DNA of 64,000 nucleotides from Candidatus Hydrogenedentota bacterium (GTDB lineage Bacteria; Hydrogenedentota; Hydrogenedentia; Hydrogenedentales; SLHB01), in contig BTVY01000004.1 of assembly GCA_045863335.1 (NCBI GenBank), positions 32,001 to 96,000 on the forward strand, read 5' to 3'. Below are positions 45,953 to 55,966 of the stretch, one piece after another (the stretch's first letter is position 1; every line of letters starts with the position of its first letter). The notes under the pieces were generated by a model that searched no databases, was not told where the DNA came from, and worked only from the letters and a program-made list of their open reading frames with translations. The position numbers and the translations under genes were made by a program.

Positions 45953-48490
45953 TCAGGGGACAGTGGGCACGTCGACGCCCGGTTTTGGGATCTCGGCCGT
46001 TGGGATCGACGGCGGCACGCCCGGAAGGTCCAGCATGAGATCGCTGGGCATAAGCGGAGCGTTCGGGTCGTTCATCGGTGACCCGCCTGCTTGCAGGTCC
46101 GCGATGAGCCGTTGCAGTTCCGGCTGATTGGCATCGATGGATAGACTTCGCGCGAAGTACCGGTGCGCCATGGCGGGTTGGCGTTTGTCGTTGAGGTAGA
46201 TCATGCCCAGTTCGCGGTAGATGCGGGCTTTGTCTCTCGGTATCACGCTCGGCCGCGTGATACCTGGCGACGCAGGCGACTTCGCTTCGCTGAAGTCGCC
46301 GGGAAAGGTGTCCATCCGCTCCAATTGCGCTATCGCCTCGTCGATACGGCCCTGCTCTTTCAGGCAGGTGAAGGCCAGCCAATTGGCCTCGGGTTCCAAG
46401 GGGTCCTGCTTTAGCAGCTGTTCGAACAGGGGCAACGCCTCGCGGTGCTGGCCGGTCTGGACATAGACCTTGCCGAGGTTCCGCAGCGACGTGCCGTACT
46501 CCGGGTCCGCCTCTAACGCCTGCGTGTAGTAGCGCTCCGCAGATTCCAGTTGCCCATACTCTGCGCAGACACTGCCGAGGTTGTTCAGCGTCTTCTTGCC
46601 GCCCTCGCCAATGTGGAGTGCCGTGTCGAAGGCCACCATGGCATGCTCTGTGTCTCCCTCATGGATAAACGTCCTACCTTGCGAGAAGTGGTAGTCCGCA
46701 AGGATCATTTGGGCGGTGAGTTCGCCACGCGTGTCGGATTCGTCCAGTGTGTGCCAAGTGTACTCCGCCCAGTAGTCACGCTCCGGCGGAGTTTCTCCGT
46801 CGCGCATGACGCGGTATAGGAGCCCGGCATTGACCATCTGCGCGCCCGGTACGCCCGGCAACGGCCGCTTCTTCGTGAAGTACACGGGCCGGTCTGGATT
46901 CTGCGTGATGATCCAGTCCTCGATGCCCTGCTCTTCCGCTTCCGTGGGGATCTTGCGGAAGCGGTTGCGTAGGTCCTCCGGCATGTCCGCGTACAGGTGT
47001 TCCTCGGGGTAGCCGTACTTGTTGGCGATGGTGACATCGGGCCGGAGTCCTTCCACCACCTGAAGGTAGATCACCGGGAAGGTCGCATGGTCCGCCGTGG
47101 GGAAGTAGACAGCGTTCTTATCAATGGTTTCGAGGACGTTCCGGCCGTAGTCGTAGGCGAAGTAGTAGTCGCCCTTGTCCACAAAGGACCGGTTCATGGC
47201 GAGGGGGAAGGCGACGACGATGACTGACACCACCGTGACCATGAGCGTCCGCCCGAGGCCGCGTTTTCCGATGTTCGTGGCGAGAGAGGGACAGACCCCG
47301 TGTTTCGCTCCGAAGACTCCGCGAAAGACGGGGTCAGTCCCCATCGTGCGCATCGTGCGGCTGAGCAAGTCGATGGCGCCGCCGATGAAGATTCCGGCCA
47401 TCATGTAGACGGGAATCCAGAAGACATTGTTTACCCAGATCGCGAGGGGGTCTATGGCGAAGTTGTTGACCAGCATGACCGCGAAGAGGACGACGGCCGT
47501 GAGGACGGCCAGGAAGGCCGTGCGATGCCGGTCGCGACGCCAGAGGGCGTAGACTCCCACGGGCGGCACCCAAGCCAGCCAAGGTGTGAACTCCCGGAGG
47601 TAAAGCCGGAGGAACACGCCGCATTGCTGGAAGAAGAGTCCCAGGCTGCGGGGGTGCTCGGTGAACATGAACTTGTACTGGGCGCGGGTGACCACGTCCT
47701 TGAAATTCTCCCAAGTCTCCGGGTTGCCCCAGTCCATGGGCGGGTCGGCAGCGGATCGGATGGGCAGGTAGAGGTAGACGGACAGGCCGAGCAGGCAGAG
47801 TCCGGCCATTCCGAGGTAGACCGGCCATTGCCGCCAGGACTGGCGGTCGTTGAACAAGATGAACCCGGCGAAGACGACGCCGAGAAGTTGCATCGTGCTG
47901 TGATTGGTGAGGCTGAGGCCGTAGACGAAGGCGAAGAGGAGCAGCAGGCGCGGCTGCCGGGACTCGTACCACAGGAACAGCAGCAACACGCACAGAGCGA
48001 TGAAGAAGGTGTTCAGCGAATACACCTCGGCGATGACGCTCTGCTCCCAGAACTCCCGCGAAAACGCGAAAGCCAGCGCCCCGGTCACGGCGGCGACCCG
48101 ATTCCGCGTCAGCCGGAGGATGATCAGACACACCAGCCCGACTGTCACCGCCGCGAAGAACGCGGACATGAAGTTCACGCGCCACGCCACGGTTCCAAAG
48201 GGGATATACGTGAACAAATGCCCCAACAGACACCAGATTGGATACCCCGGCGGATGGGCAATCCCCAACGTATACGCCGCCGTGACCAACTCCCCGCTGT
48301 CTTCCCCCGTGACCGTCGGCCCCAGCGTCGGCACATACACGCCCAGCGCGACCAAGGAAGCGCCCAGGGCTGTCAAATAATCTCCGGGAGTGAAGCGATG
48401 TCCACCCAGTCCCTGAGTCGAGTTTGCGCTGTTCTGTGGTCGCAGGACATGATTTCCGAACGTAGTCCGTTCCTGTTTCTTCTTCTTCAC
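45953..48490 (-). CDS. DUF2723/TMEM260-like GT-C membrane glycosyltransferase with TPRs
   Basis: PTVTGEDSGEL...LGIAHPPGYP, AEVYSL, YLYLPIRS, DWGNP; C-terminal TPRs. Confidence 0.85.
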   Translation of the reverse strand: MKKKKQERTTFGNHVLRPQNSANSTQGLGGHRFTPGDYLTALGASLVALGVYVPTLGPTVTGEDSGELVTAAYTLGIAHPPGYPIWCLLGHLFTYIPFGTVAWRVNFMSAFFAAVTVGLVCLIILRLTRNRVAAVTGALAFAFSREFWEQSVIAEVYSLNTFFIALCVLLLFLWYESRQPRLLLLFAFVYGLSLTNHSTMQLLGVVFAGFILFNDRQSWRQWPVYLGMAGLCLLGLSVYLYLPIRSAADPPMDWGNPETWENFKDVVTRAQYKFMFTEHPRSLGLFFQQCGVFLRLYLREFTPWLAWVPPVGVYALWRRDRHRTAFLAVLTAVVLFAVMLVNNFAIDPLAIWVNNVFWIPVYMMAGIFIGGAIDLLSRTMRTMGTDPVFRGVFGAKHGVCPSLATNIGKRGLGRTLMVTVVSVIVVAFPLAMNRSFVDKGDYYFAYDYGRNVLETIDKNAVYFPTADHATFPVIYLQVVEGLRPDVTIANKYGYPEEHLYADMPEDLRNRFRKIPTEAEEQGIEDWIITQNPDRPVYFTKKRPLPGVPGAQMVNAGLLYRVMRDGETPPERDYWAEYTWHTLDESDTRGELTAQMILADYHFSQGRTFIHEGDTEHAMVAFDTALHIGEGGKKTLNNLGSVCAEYGQLESAERYYTQALEADPEYGTSLRNLGKVYVQTGQHREALPLFEQLLKQDPLEPEANWLAFTCLKEQGRIDEAIAQLERMDTFPGDFSEAKSPASPGITRPSVIPRDKARIYRELGMIYLNDKRQPAMAHRYFARSLSIDANQPELQRLIADLQAGGSPMNDPNAPLMPSDLMLDLPGVPPSIPTAEIPKPGVDVPTVP

Positions 48491-48552
48491 CTCATATCCT
48501 TATCATCTCTACAAAACGGAGAAAACGGTGAGGAACCGAGTAGTCGGAACAA

Positions 48553-48870
48553 TCACGAGAGCCATTCCGCAATGCCGCGTTCAGTAATCTCCAGACTGGG
48601 GTAGTGGCCTTCGTGATCAACTATTCGCACGTAACCTTGAGATTTAAGTTCTTCAACTGCCTTCTCCACGTCTCCAGAACTCCACTTTGCGAATTTATTC
48701 CCAATGAAAATGTTACCTTCGGTTAAAGGGGGAAACATGCCGTTCATATCTCTGTAGTAATCCTGTACGTGGCGCTTGATTTCTTCTATGTCTAGTCTGT
48801 TCACATTAGTTCTCCATTCTAGGTCTAGTACCAATGCCCTAAGTCTACCGCAGAGCGCGGGCTTAAACAT
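48553..48870 (-). CDS. Small hypothetical protein, winged-helix-like
   Basis: AVEELKSQGYV...LEITERG; start uncertain. Confidence 0.5.
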   Translation of the reverse strand: MFKPALCGRLRALVLDLEWRTNVNRLDIEEIKRHVQDYYRDMNGMFPPLTEGNIFIGNKFAKWSSGDVEKAVEELKSQGYVRIVDHEGHYPSLEITERGIAEWLS

Positions 48871-48946
48871 AGCCCCATTTATCTCACTGGGGGCTCCCTA
48901 CTACCGTCGATTTAGGCTGATTCCGACCTGCTCAATGCGTTTCGCT

Positions 48947-49516
48947 TTAAAAGTCCGCACGTCCCAGTTCCAATTCCGAAACTCTTCGTTGATCTATGCC
49001 CAACTCCTCGGCGAACGCACTTTGCGTGAGTCCCTGAAGTAATCGCTCCTGCCTAAGGCGCTCCGCAGAAGATCCGGGCGGTGGGAACGGGTTATACCCC
49101 AGGAATGCGGCTATCTTGGGAATCGAAATATGGTTCTGCCTGGAGTCCGGCTGGCGTTCCCATTTGGACACCGTAGCTGGGTCCACGGTCATGGCCGTGG
49201 CCGCTTCAGCCCAGGACATACCCAGGCCTTCCCGGTGACGGCGCAGTCTTTCTCCGACCGTTCGGCCCAGCGGACGGGGATCATAACCAAGGAACCGGAT
49301 TACTTTGGGCAGTACTCGGAGGTTCGGCGTGGCGGTTCCTGCCTCCCAATTGAAGACTGAGGCCTTATTTACTTCCAGAATCCCCGCAACCTCCCGTTGT
49401 AGGAGGTTCAGGTCCATTCTGCGCTTGCGGATATGGTCCCCGATGGTTTCTAATGTCTCTGGATAACCGGAAGGAATTGGTTTTGTTGAACTTAGCTCTC
49501 GATGACAACAAGGCAA
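48947..49516 (-). CDS. Multi-HTH XRE regulator at the unit end (copy 2)
   Basis: Paralogue of 35765-36328, in the same position relative to the junction. Confidence 0.85.
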   Translation of the reverse strand: MPCCHRELSSTKPIPSGYPETLETIGDHIRKRRMDLNLLQREVAGILEVNKASVFNWEAGTATPNLRVLPKVIRFLGYDPRPLGRTVGERLRRHREGLGMSWAEAATAMTVDPATVSKWERQPDSRQNHISIPKIAAFLGYNPFPPPGSSAERLRQERLLQGLTQSAFAEELGIDQRRVSELELGRADF

Positions 49517-49524
49517 CGCAACAG

Positions 49525-50001
49525 TGCCCTTGCGGGTGTCGCACCGATCCCAAACGGCAGTGCCGGTGCAGCGTGGGCGAGGTGCAGCGTTACATGGCGC
49601 GGTTGTCCGGGCCCTTGCTGGACCGCATCGACATCCACGTCGATGTGCCCGCGCTGAGTTTCGAGGAACTCATCGACCGCCGGCCCAGCGGCCCCACGAG
49701 CGCGGAGGTGCGCGCGGAGGTTCAGGCCGCCCGCGACCGTCAGCGGGCCCGCTACGGCGGCGCGTACACCTGCAACGCCCACCTCGATTCCCGCGCCATC
49801 CGCGATCACTGCGTCATCGCCGACAGTGCCAACGCCCTTCTCGAACAGGCCATCAACCAACTCGGCTTCAGCGCCCGCGCCTACGACAAAGTCCTCCGCG
49901 TCGCGCGAACCCTCGCCGATCTCGACGCCTCCGAATCCATCGCCGACAACCACGTGTCCGAGGCGATCCAGTATCGGAGTCTGGATAGGCAGATGTTCTG
50001 A
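49525..50001 (+). pseudogene. comM: comM 3' half, copy 3 (probable displaced host allele)
   Basis: CPCGCRTDPKRQCRC...YRSLDRQMF; more divergent from copies 1 and 2 and visibly more GC-rich, like the downstream backbone. Confidence 0.85.
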
Positions 50002-50169
50002 TATGGGCATGGGCAACGAAGATTACGTGCCGGTTACGGAGATTCTATTTCCGACGGAGGCGGATGAAGCCTTCGGCAAAGTCTGTGACAGCCTGGGATT
50101 GGATCCTTCCAAGCTTGGTCCGCAAGACTTTGCGAAAGACATATTCCGAACGGCTGACGGAAAAGCGAG

Positions 50170-50421
50170 ATGGCGTTACTGCCTGAGACGGGACCTAGCC
50201 AGGTAAGATTTCTAGCGTGCCCAAGCTGTAAGAGCAAGAAGATAGAGAAGATTCGTGGGAATCTCACGCGCGAGTTCGACGGCCAGAAGTACTCGGTGTC
50301 GAACGTGGAGTACCACGAATGCCCTGACTGCGGCGAGCGGGTTTATGGCCGTGAGGCGGTGCGGAAGATCCAGGCGAAGTCTCCGGCGTTTCGGAGGCAT
50401 GGGTGCGATGAAGACGTTTGA
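50170..50421 (+). CDS. YgiT/MqsA-type zinc-finger protein
   Basis: CPSC...VSNVEYHECPDCGE; start uncertain. Confidence 0.65.
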   Translation: MALLPETGPSQVRFLACPSCKSKKIEKIRGNLTREFDGQKYSVSNVEYHECPDCGERVYGREAVRKIQAKSPAFRRHGCDEDV

Positions 50422-50602
50422 TTGCGTGCAGATGAAACGGAAAGGCGCAGAGCGCGTCCGTCGTGAGACTGCAGGAATGTCCAGGGACGAAGTACTCGCC
50501 TATTGGCAACGTGGAACGGAAGAGCTTCTCCAAGAGCAAGCGGCTCTCCGCGCGAAGGTCCGGGTGGATGCCACGCGGGAGGAACCGCGAAATAGCACCT
50601 AG
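50408..50602 (+). CDS. Small hypothetical protein
   Basis: MKTFDCVQMKRKGAERVRRETAGMSRDEVLAYW. Confidence 0.55.
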   Translation: MKTFDCVQMKRKGAERVRRETAGMSRDEVLAYWQRGTEELLQEQAALRAKVRVDATREEPRNST

Positions 50603-50920
50603 CGGGAACGTATTGTACCTCAGATAAAGTCACCGTTCAGGATGAGTTCGTATGCCAGATTTATCAGAAATGAGCGTGTTCGAAATGGTCATGTCGGGGC
50701 TACAAGACAGTATTGCCTTTTCCAAGGGCGAAAGGTCTCTTGTGGTAACCGTTCAAAAGTTCGCGCCGCCAAAAGCGTAGTACCTGGCGCTTTGCTCCTG
50801 GCCTTCCTCCTGCTACGTGAATATCCTATAATAGGCTTTCATTTGCTCAAGAGGAAACACGTTCACTGCGGATAGCGATCCCAAAGGATTGACTTCGCAC
50901 CGGCAGGGTATTTTCTAAAC

Positions 50921-51325
50921 ATGCAGCACATTGACACCTCAAACCGCTGGGAGCAGCGGAAGTTCGGATTCGTCATGGCAGTGGCATTTGCCGCGATCGG
51001 CGGGATCCGCTGGTTTGTGAAGGGCGCGCCGTCGCCGACGTTGTTCACGATTTCCGTCGTGTTTCTGATTGCGGCGGCGGTTGCACCGTTTGCGTTGCGG
51101 CCGGTGTTCGTCGTGTGGATGAAGTTCGCCGAGGCGATGAACTGGGTGGTGACGCGCGTACTGCTGACGATTGTTTTTTACGGGCTCATCACCCCGACGC
51201 GGTTTCTGAATCAAATGTTTGGTTCCGACCCGCTGAAGCGGGCCTGGCTGCCCGATGCCGATACCTACTGGGAGTCGCCGGACGCGCAACCGGACGACCC
51301 CAAGGAATACCGGAATCAATTCTGA
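50921..51325 (+). CDS. SxtJ-family membrane protein
   Basis: RKFG, WMKFAEAMNWV..RVLL..VFY...TP, DPL, YW, NQF. Confidence 0.8.
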   Translation: MQHIDTSNRWEQRKFGFVMAVAFAAIGGIRWFVKGAPSPTLFTISVVFLIAAAVAPFALRPVFVVWMKFAEAMNWVVTRVLLTIVFYGLITPTRFLNQMFGSDPLKRAWLPDADTYWESPDAQPDDPKEYRNQF

Positions 51326-51382
51326 TGAAGTTGGGGCGTGGCAACGTTGCACTCTTGGGCGGTTGAGAGTTAACATAACTGT

Positions 51383-51532
51383 ATGGAAACAATTCGAGAG
51401 ATCTGGGCATTCATGCGCGTGCGCAAACGGTTTTGGCTGGCTCCCATCATCCTTACGCTCATGTTGCTGGGGTTGTTCATATTCTTTGCTGGCCAATATC
51501 CCGTAGTCGCGTCATTTGTCTATATGTTTTAG
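51383..51532 (+). CDS. DUF5989/SxtK-like small membrane protein
   Basis: My translation: METIREIWAFMRVRKRFWLAPIILTLMLLGLFIFFAGQYPVVASFVYMF*. Confidence 0.8.
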   Translation: METIREIWAFMRVRKRFWLAPIILTLMLLGLFIFFAGQYPVVASFVYMF

Positions 51533-51625
51533 GAACTGGCCTGCCCAATTCTCGCTTGATAGTGAGTTCGGCGTTCACTTTCTCTCATTCGCGCCGACAG
51601 CGACCGGTACCTGACGAGTACAAAC

Positions 51626-51661
51626 AACGCGGCGCCCGGAGTTGTCTCCGGGCGCCGCGTT
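51626..51661. terminator. Terminator hairpin between convergent genes
   Basis: AACGCGGCGCCCGGAG-ttgt-CTCCGGGCGCCGCGTT. Confidence 0.75.
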
Positions 51662-51681
51662 TCACTACGTATCAGAATTCC

Positions 51682-53007
51682 CTATACGACTTCCGGTACC
51701 ACGTAGGGTTCGCGGTAGACGCGGGTCAGGTGCGAGTTTGCTTCGTCGTCGTTCTTGACCTGTTCCTTCTCTGTATCGATCTCGAGGACGCGGTTGACGC
51801 GGGCGCCGGTCAAGGCATAATGCGACAGGGCCGACGAGAGATGGCCGTCAATGGCCTTCGCGTTGATGGCTTCCGCGTCGCGGCTGCGGACGCAGTCGAT
51901 GAAGTTCTGGAAGTGGTAGATGTCGTCGCCGTCGTTGGCTTCCTTAATCAGCTCATTCTCTTTCCCGCGATAGGCCTTATAGCCGCCGTAACCAGGGAAG
52001 GTCATCCAGCCCTCGGAGCCGTAGAACATGACGCCGAAGGATCTGCCGCCGGCCTCATCGTTCGTGCACCAGGGCCGCACTTCGAGGGTCATCATCTTGT
52101 CCTTGCCGTCCTTGCCCTTGAACATGAACGACGACGAGGAAACGTTGAAGACTTCCTTCGCGTCGTCCCACAGGAACATGCCGCCCATGGACGCCACGCG
52201 GTACGGCACTTCCACATCCAGGCCCCAACGGGCCGCGTCGAGCTGGTGCACGCCCTGGTTGCCGATGTCGCCGTTGCCGTAGGCCCACACCCAGTGCCAG
52301 TAGTAGTGCACGTAGATGCCTTCACCCGCCTCGTTCAGCAGGAACGGCTCTTCCTGGGCCGGACCTTGCCAGATGTCCCAGTCCAACCCTTCCGGGGGCG
52401 GACCCTGATGGGCCGGGCCGATGGACGGGCGCCACTTGTAGCACACGCAGCGCGCCATGTAGACGTCGCCGATGATGCCGTTTTGCAGTTCATTGATGCC
52501 TTCGATGAACCCCGGGTTGCTGCGGAGCTGCGTGCCGTGCTGCACGATGCGCTTGTACTTCTCCGCGGCCTCGACGACCTTGCGGCCTTCGTATACGTTG
52601 TGGGTCATCGGCTTTTCGACGTACACGTCCTTGCCGGCCTGGCAGGCCCAGATGGTGCCGAGCGCGTGCCAGTGGTTGGGCGTGGCCATGGAAATCACGT
52701 CCACGCTGTCATCTTCGAGCACCTTGCGGATGTCCTGCTCGAACTTCGGCTCCTTGAGGTTGTTCGACTTGAACCAGTCGCCGACCGGCTTGAACAAGCG
52801 GGAGTCCACGTCGCACACCGTGGTGACTTCCACATTCTTCAATTCCTTGTAGTTGCCGAGGTGACTCTGGCCGCGGCCGTTCACGCCCATGACGCATACG
52901 TTGACGCGTTCATTGGCGCCCGCCCACGCGGTCTTCGACGTCCCGATCAGCAGTCCCGCCGCGGCTGCTGAACCCGCCACAAATTTTCTTCGCGTCAACT
53001 TTTCCAT
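51682..53007 (-). CDS. Tat-exported Gfo/Idh/MocA oxidoreductase
   Basis: TRRKF Tat motif, GVNGRG, ATPNHWH, GKDVYVEKP. Confidence 0.92.
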   Translation of the reverse strand: MEKLTRRKFVAGSAAAAGLLIGTSKTAWAGANERVNVCVMGVNGRGQSHLGNYKELKNVEVTTVCDVDSRLFKPVGDWFKSNNLKEPKFEQDIRKVLEDDSVDVISMATPNHWHALGTIWACQAGKDVYVEKPMTHNVYEGRKVVEAAEKYKRIVQHGTQLRSNPGFIEGINELQNGIIGDVYMARCVCYKWRPSIGPAHQGPPPEGLDWDIWQGPAQEEPFLLNEAGEGIYVHYYWHWVWAYGNGDIGNQGVHQLDAARWGLDVEVPYRVASMGGMFLWDDAKEVFNVSSSSFMFKGKDGKDKMMTLEVRPWCTNDEAGGRSFGVMFYGSEGWMTFPGYGGYKAYRGKENELIKEANDGDDIYHFQNFIDCVRSRDAEAINAKAIDGHLSSALSHYALTGARVNRVLEIDTEKEQVKNDDEANSHLTRVYREPYVVPEVV

Positions 53008-53315
53008 CAAAGACATCCTCCGGGTAATGCGCGGACGGGGCCGACGCGGTCCCGTCGAAGGCGCCATCGCAAAATTGGGTACAACCGTGTCCCTAGCGCG
53101 GACACGCTTTGGTCACCATTATTGGCATATCCACATCCGGGGTCAAATGCAGAGCGGGAATGGGCGGGAATGATTCCCGCCCCGGAAGTTTTGAGGGACA
53201 GGGTATTGAGCATGGCCCCCAAGTACGGAGCGGAACCCGGTCGCGGATTGAACGGACATTAAGTAGATCGGGACTGGCCGGGATTCAATCCCGACCTACG
53301 TGTGGGCGCGCCGGA

Positions 53316-53525
53316 TTAATCCCGTTCCTCGGGTTCGGCGTTGCTTTCTGGGGCGTTCAGGCTGGAAGGTTCCGGCGCGTCGAACGGTTCGTTGACCAGC
53401 AGGCGCGCGATTTCATCCCGGCGCGTTTGGAGCTCCCGCCGCTCCGCAATATCCGGGCTCGCTTCCAGGCGCCGTTCGATGGCCAGTGCTTCCGCATTGA
53501 GTTCTTCACGTTGCAGCCGCTTCAT
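53316..53525 (-). CDS. Small hypothetical protein
   Basis: GGAGG RBS before MKRLQREELN. Confidence 0.45.
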   Translation of the reverse strand: MKRLQREELNAEALAIERRLEASPDIAERRELQTRRDEIARLLVNEPFDAPEPSSLNAPESNAEPEERD

Positions 53526-53702
53526 CACAATCCTCCATCCAGTGCGTGGGAGTAGTGTAACATGTATGATATGATTGGGTCGCTGGCGTCTGATCGGTGC
53601 GAAATGGCGAAGCACTTTCATTGACTACCAAGCGCATGATTCCGTATAGATACAGAACCGTGGGCGGCCCAGACGTTTAATGAAAGGCAGTGCGCTTCTC
53701 CC

Positions 53703-55673
53703 ATGACAATCCCTTCGATCATACTGCTCGTTACCGGATTTCTCGTGTTGGCGAGCATTCTTGCCAGCCGGATTTCCGACAAGCTGGGCGTACCCGCATT
53801 GCTCGTGTTTCTGGGAATCGGAATGCTGGCGGGTTCGGACGGGCCCGGCGGAATCCATTTTGACAATGCCGAGGTGGCCAATCTCGTAGGCACAATCGCG
53901 CTCGCGTTTATCCTGTTCTCCGGCGGGCTGGACACAAATTGGCGCATTATCCGGCCTGTGGCGGCGCGGGGAATCGTACTTGCTACCTTAGGGGTCGCTG
54001 TGACCGCAGGATTGGTTGGGTTGTTTGCGTGGGCCGCGCTGGGCTTCTCCATACTCACGGGACTGCTATTGGGCGCCATCATTTCTTCCACGGACGCGGC
54101 GGCGGTATTCTCGGTGCTGCGCGGGCGCGGGGTAGGGCTCAAGGGGCAGCTCAAGCCGCTGTTGGAACTCGAGTCCGGCAGCAACGACCCTATGGCTGTC
54201 TTTCTCACTTTGAGCATGACGCAGATCCTCACGGAACCCGACTTTCAGTGGGCGGGTCTGATTCCGGCGTTCTTTCTCAATATGCTTGGCGGCGCCATAG
54301 TCGGTCTCGCTGCGGGTAAACTCACCAGCCTCATGTTCAATCGTCTGCGTATGGACTATGAAGGCCTCTACCCGGTCATGAGCATGAGCATCGTCCTGCT
54401 GACCTTTGGCATCGCCGAGTATCTTCGGTGCAACGGCTTTCTCGCCGTCTACCTGTGCGGCATCATGCTGAACTCGGCGGATTTCACCTACCGGCGCTAC
54501 GTCGTGAAGTTTCACGACGGACTCGCCTGGTTGATGCAGATCGTCATGTTCCTGGTGCTCGGGTTGCTCGTCTTTCCGGCCCAACTTCCTTCCGTGGCCC
54601 TGAAAGCTTTGCTCGCGGCCCTCTTTCTCATGTTTGTCGCGCGGCCCGTCGCGGTTGCGCTAGGCCTGTGGGGCAGCCCATTCCCTTGGCGCGAACGGGC
54701 GCTGGTAGCCTGGACCGGTTTGCGCGGCGCGGTACCCATTGTCCTGGCGACCTTTCCCTGGATGGCAGGCTATGAGAATTCGGTCATGGTGTTTCACGTG
54801 GTGTTTTTTACCGTGCTGACTTCCGTGCTCGTGCAAGGAACCTTTCTGATGCCGGTGGCGCGGTTGCTCAAGGTGGATGAACCCTTGGCGTCGCGCCCGC
54901 GCTTCTCGCTGGAGATTGAGCGAAGCGGCCAGGCGCAGGGCGAGACCCGCGAGGTCGAAGTGTTGCCTAACGCGGCGGCCGTGGGTCGTACGATCGCCGA
55001 CCTCGACATCCCGCCGGATGTGCTGATTCTGCTCATTGGCCGTGGCGACGGGTACGTCGTGCCTCGGGGCCAGACCCGAATCGAACCCTACGACACCCTC
55101 CTGATGATCGGGCAGCCAAAAGCGTTGCGCGATGCCGGCGACTCGGTATTGTCGCCGCGACCCCGCGTTCGTAAACAAGACGTGCTCGCCGATCCGCTCG
55201 CCATGCTGCCCATGTCGACCGAGGAAAAGTACTTGTCCAAACAAGTCGTCGTCGTGGGATATGGACGCGTGGGCAGGCGAGTTTGCGACGCATTGGAAGC
55301 CCGGAAGCTCCCCTTCGTCGTGGCCGATCTGAACCGGGAGATTGTGCAGACGTTGCGCGATCGCGGCATTCCGGCCGTCACCGGAGACGCCTCGGAACCC
55401 ATGACGCTCGCGCAGGCTCACGTCTCCCGCGCGGCCACCCTGGTGATCGCCACACCGGATACCCTGAAGGTCCGGCAGATGGTGGAAACGGCGAAACAGT
55501 TGAATCCGTCCATCGAAGTCATCATTCGCGCGCACAGCGAGATGGAAGCCACGCTCCTCCGGGAGGATCCGGCCTCCACCGTGCTGATTGGCGAGGAGGA
55601 GCTCGCCAAGAGTATCATCAAACTGTTGCTCCAACGCGCCCGCGTGGACGCCAACACGACGAATCCGGTGTAA
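53703..55673 (+). CDS. K+/H+ antiporter (NhaP2/CvrA-like) with TrkA-C and TrkA-N domains
   Basis: GSDGPGGI, SSTDAAAVFS, LELESGSNDPMA, GLRGAVPI; VVGYGRVG. Confidence 0.92.
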   Translation: MTIPSIILLVTGFLVLASILASRISDKLGVPALLVFLGIGMLAGSDGPGGIHFDNAEVANLVGTIALAFILFSGGLDTNWRIIRPVAARGIVLATLGVAVTAGLVGLFAWAALGFSILTGLLLGAIISSTDAAAVFSVLRGRGVGLKGQLKPLLELESGSNDPMAVFLTLSMTQILTEPDFQWAGLIPAFFLNMLGGAIVGLAAGKLTSLMFNRLRMDYEGLYPVMSMSIVLLTFGIAEYLRCNGFLAVYLCGIMLNSADFTYRRYVVKFHDGLAWLMQIVMFLVLGLLVFPAQLPSVALKALLAALFLMFVARPVAVALGLWGSPFPWRERALVAWTGLRGAVPIVLATFPWMAGYENSVMVFHVVFFTVLTSVLVQGTFLMPVARLLKVDEPLASRPRFSLEIERSGQAQGETREVEVLPNAAAVGRTIADLDIPPDVLILLIGRGDGYVVPRGQTRIEPYDTLLMIGQPKALRDAGDSVLSPRPRVRKQDVLADPLAMLPMSTEEKYLSKQVVVVGYGRVGRRVCDALEARKLPFVVADLNREIVQTLRDRGIPAVTGDASEPMTLAQAHVSRAATLVIATPDTLKVRQMVETAKQLNPSIEVIIRAHSEMEATLLREDPASTVLIGEEELAKSIIKLLLQRARVDANTTNPV

Positions 55674-55712
55674 CCCGGTATTCTAGACCAAAGGGACATT
55701 GGGGGACTTGCA

Positions 55713-55934
55713 ATGGAATCCCAAGATTTCTCTCCCCTCCTGGCATTGCCAGGCCTGATTCTCGCCCTCACGATTCTGGTGCTTTACTTGTGGAGCGTTG
55801 CGTGGTCCTACGGAGATGCCAACGCCCGCGGCAAACCGGGTTGCCTGGTCGCGATTCTGGTCGCGCTGTTCAGTTGGCCGCTCGGGCTGCTCATGTGGAT
55901 TATCTTTCGTCCGGAGCAACGGCCCCGATACTGA
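55713..55934 (+). CDS. Small two-TM membrane protein
   Basis: WSYGDANARGKPG...WIIFRP. Confidence 0.7.
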   Translation: MESQDFSPLLALPGLILALTILVLYLWSVAWSYGDANARGKPGCLVAILVALFSWPLGLLMWIIFRPEQRPRY

Positions 55935-55966
55935 GCAGGCGGTGAACGCGTGTCGGAGTCAGCAGA

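Larger units (their letters stand above)
36337..49524. mobile_element. comM-integrated unit 2 (~13.2 kb, no integrase inside)
   Basis: Same architecture as unit 1. The junction sequence CAAGGCAACGCAACAG|TG is shared. Confidence 0.75.

Noticed and set aside
47300-48604. 434-aa + strand ORF
   Set aside because: Shadow ORF opposite the GC-rich DUF2723 gene.
50921-51532. Saxitoxin biosynthesis
   Set aside because: SxtJ/SxtK-like small membrane proteins are widespread, and no other sxt genes are present.
51433-52971. 512-aa + strand ORF
   Set aside because: Shadow of the Gfo/Idh/MocA gene on the - strand.
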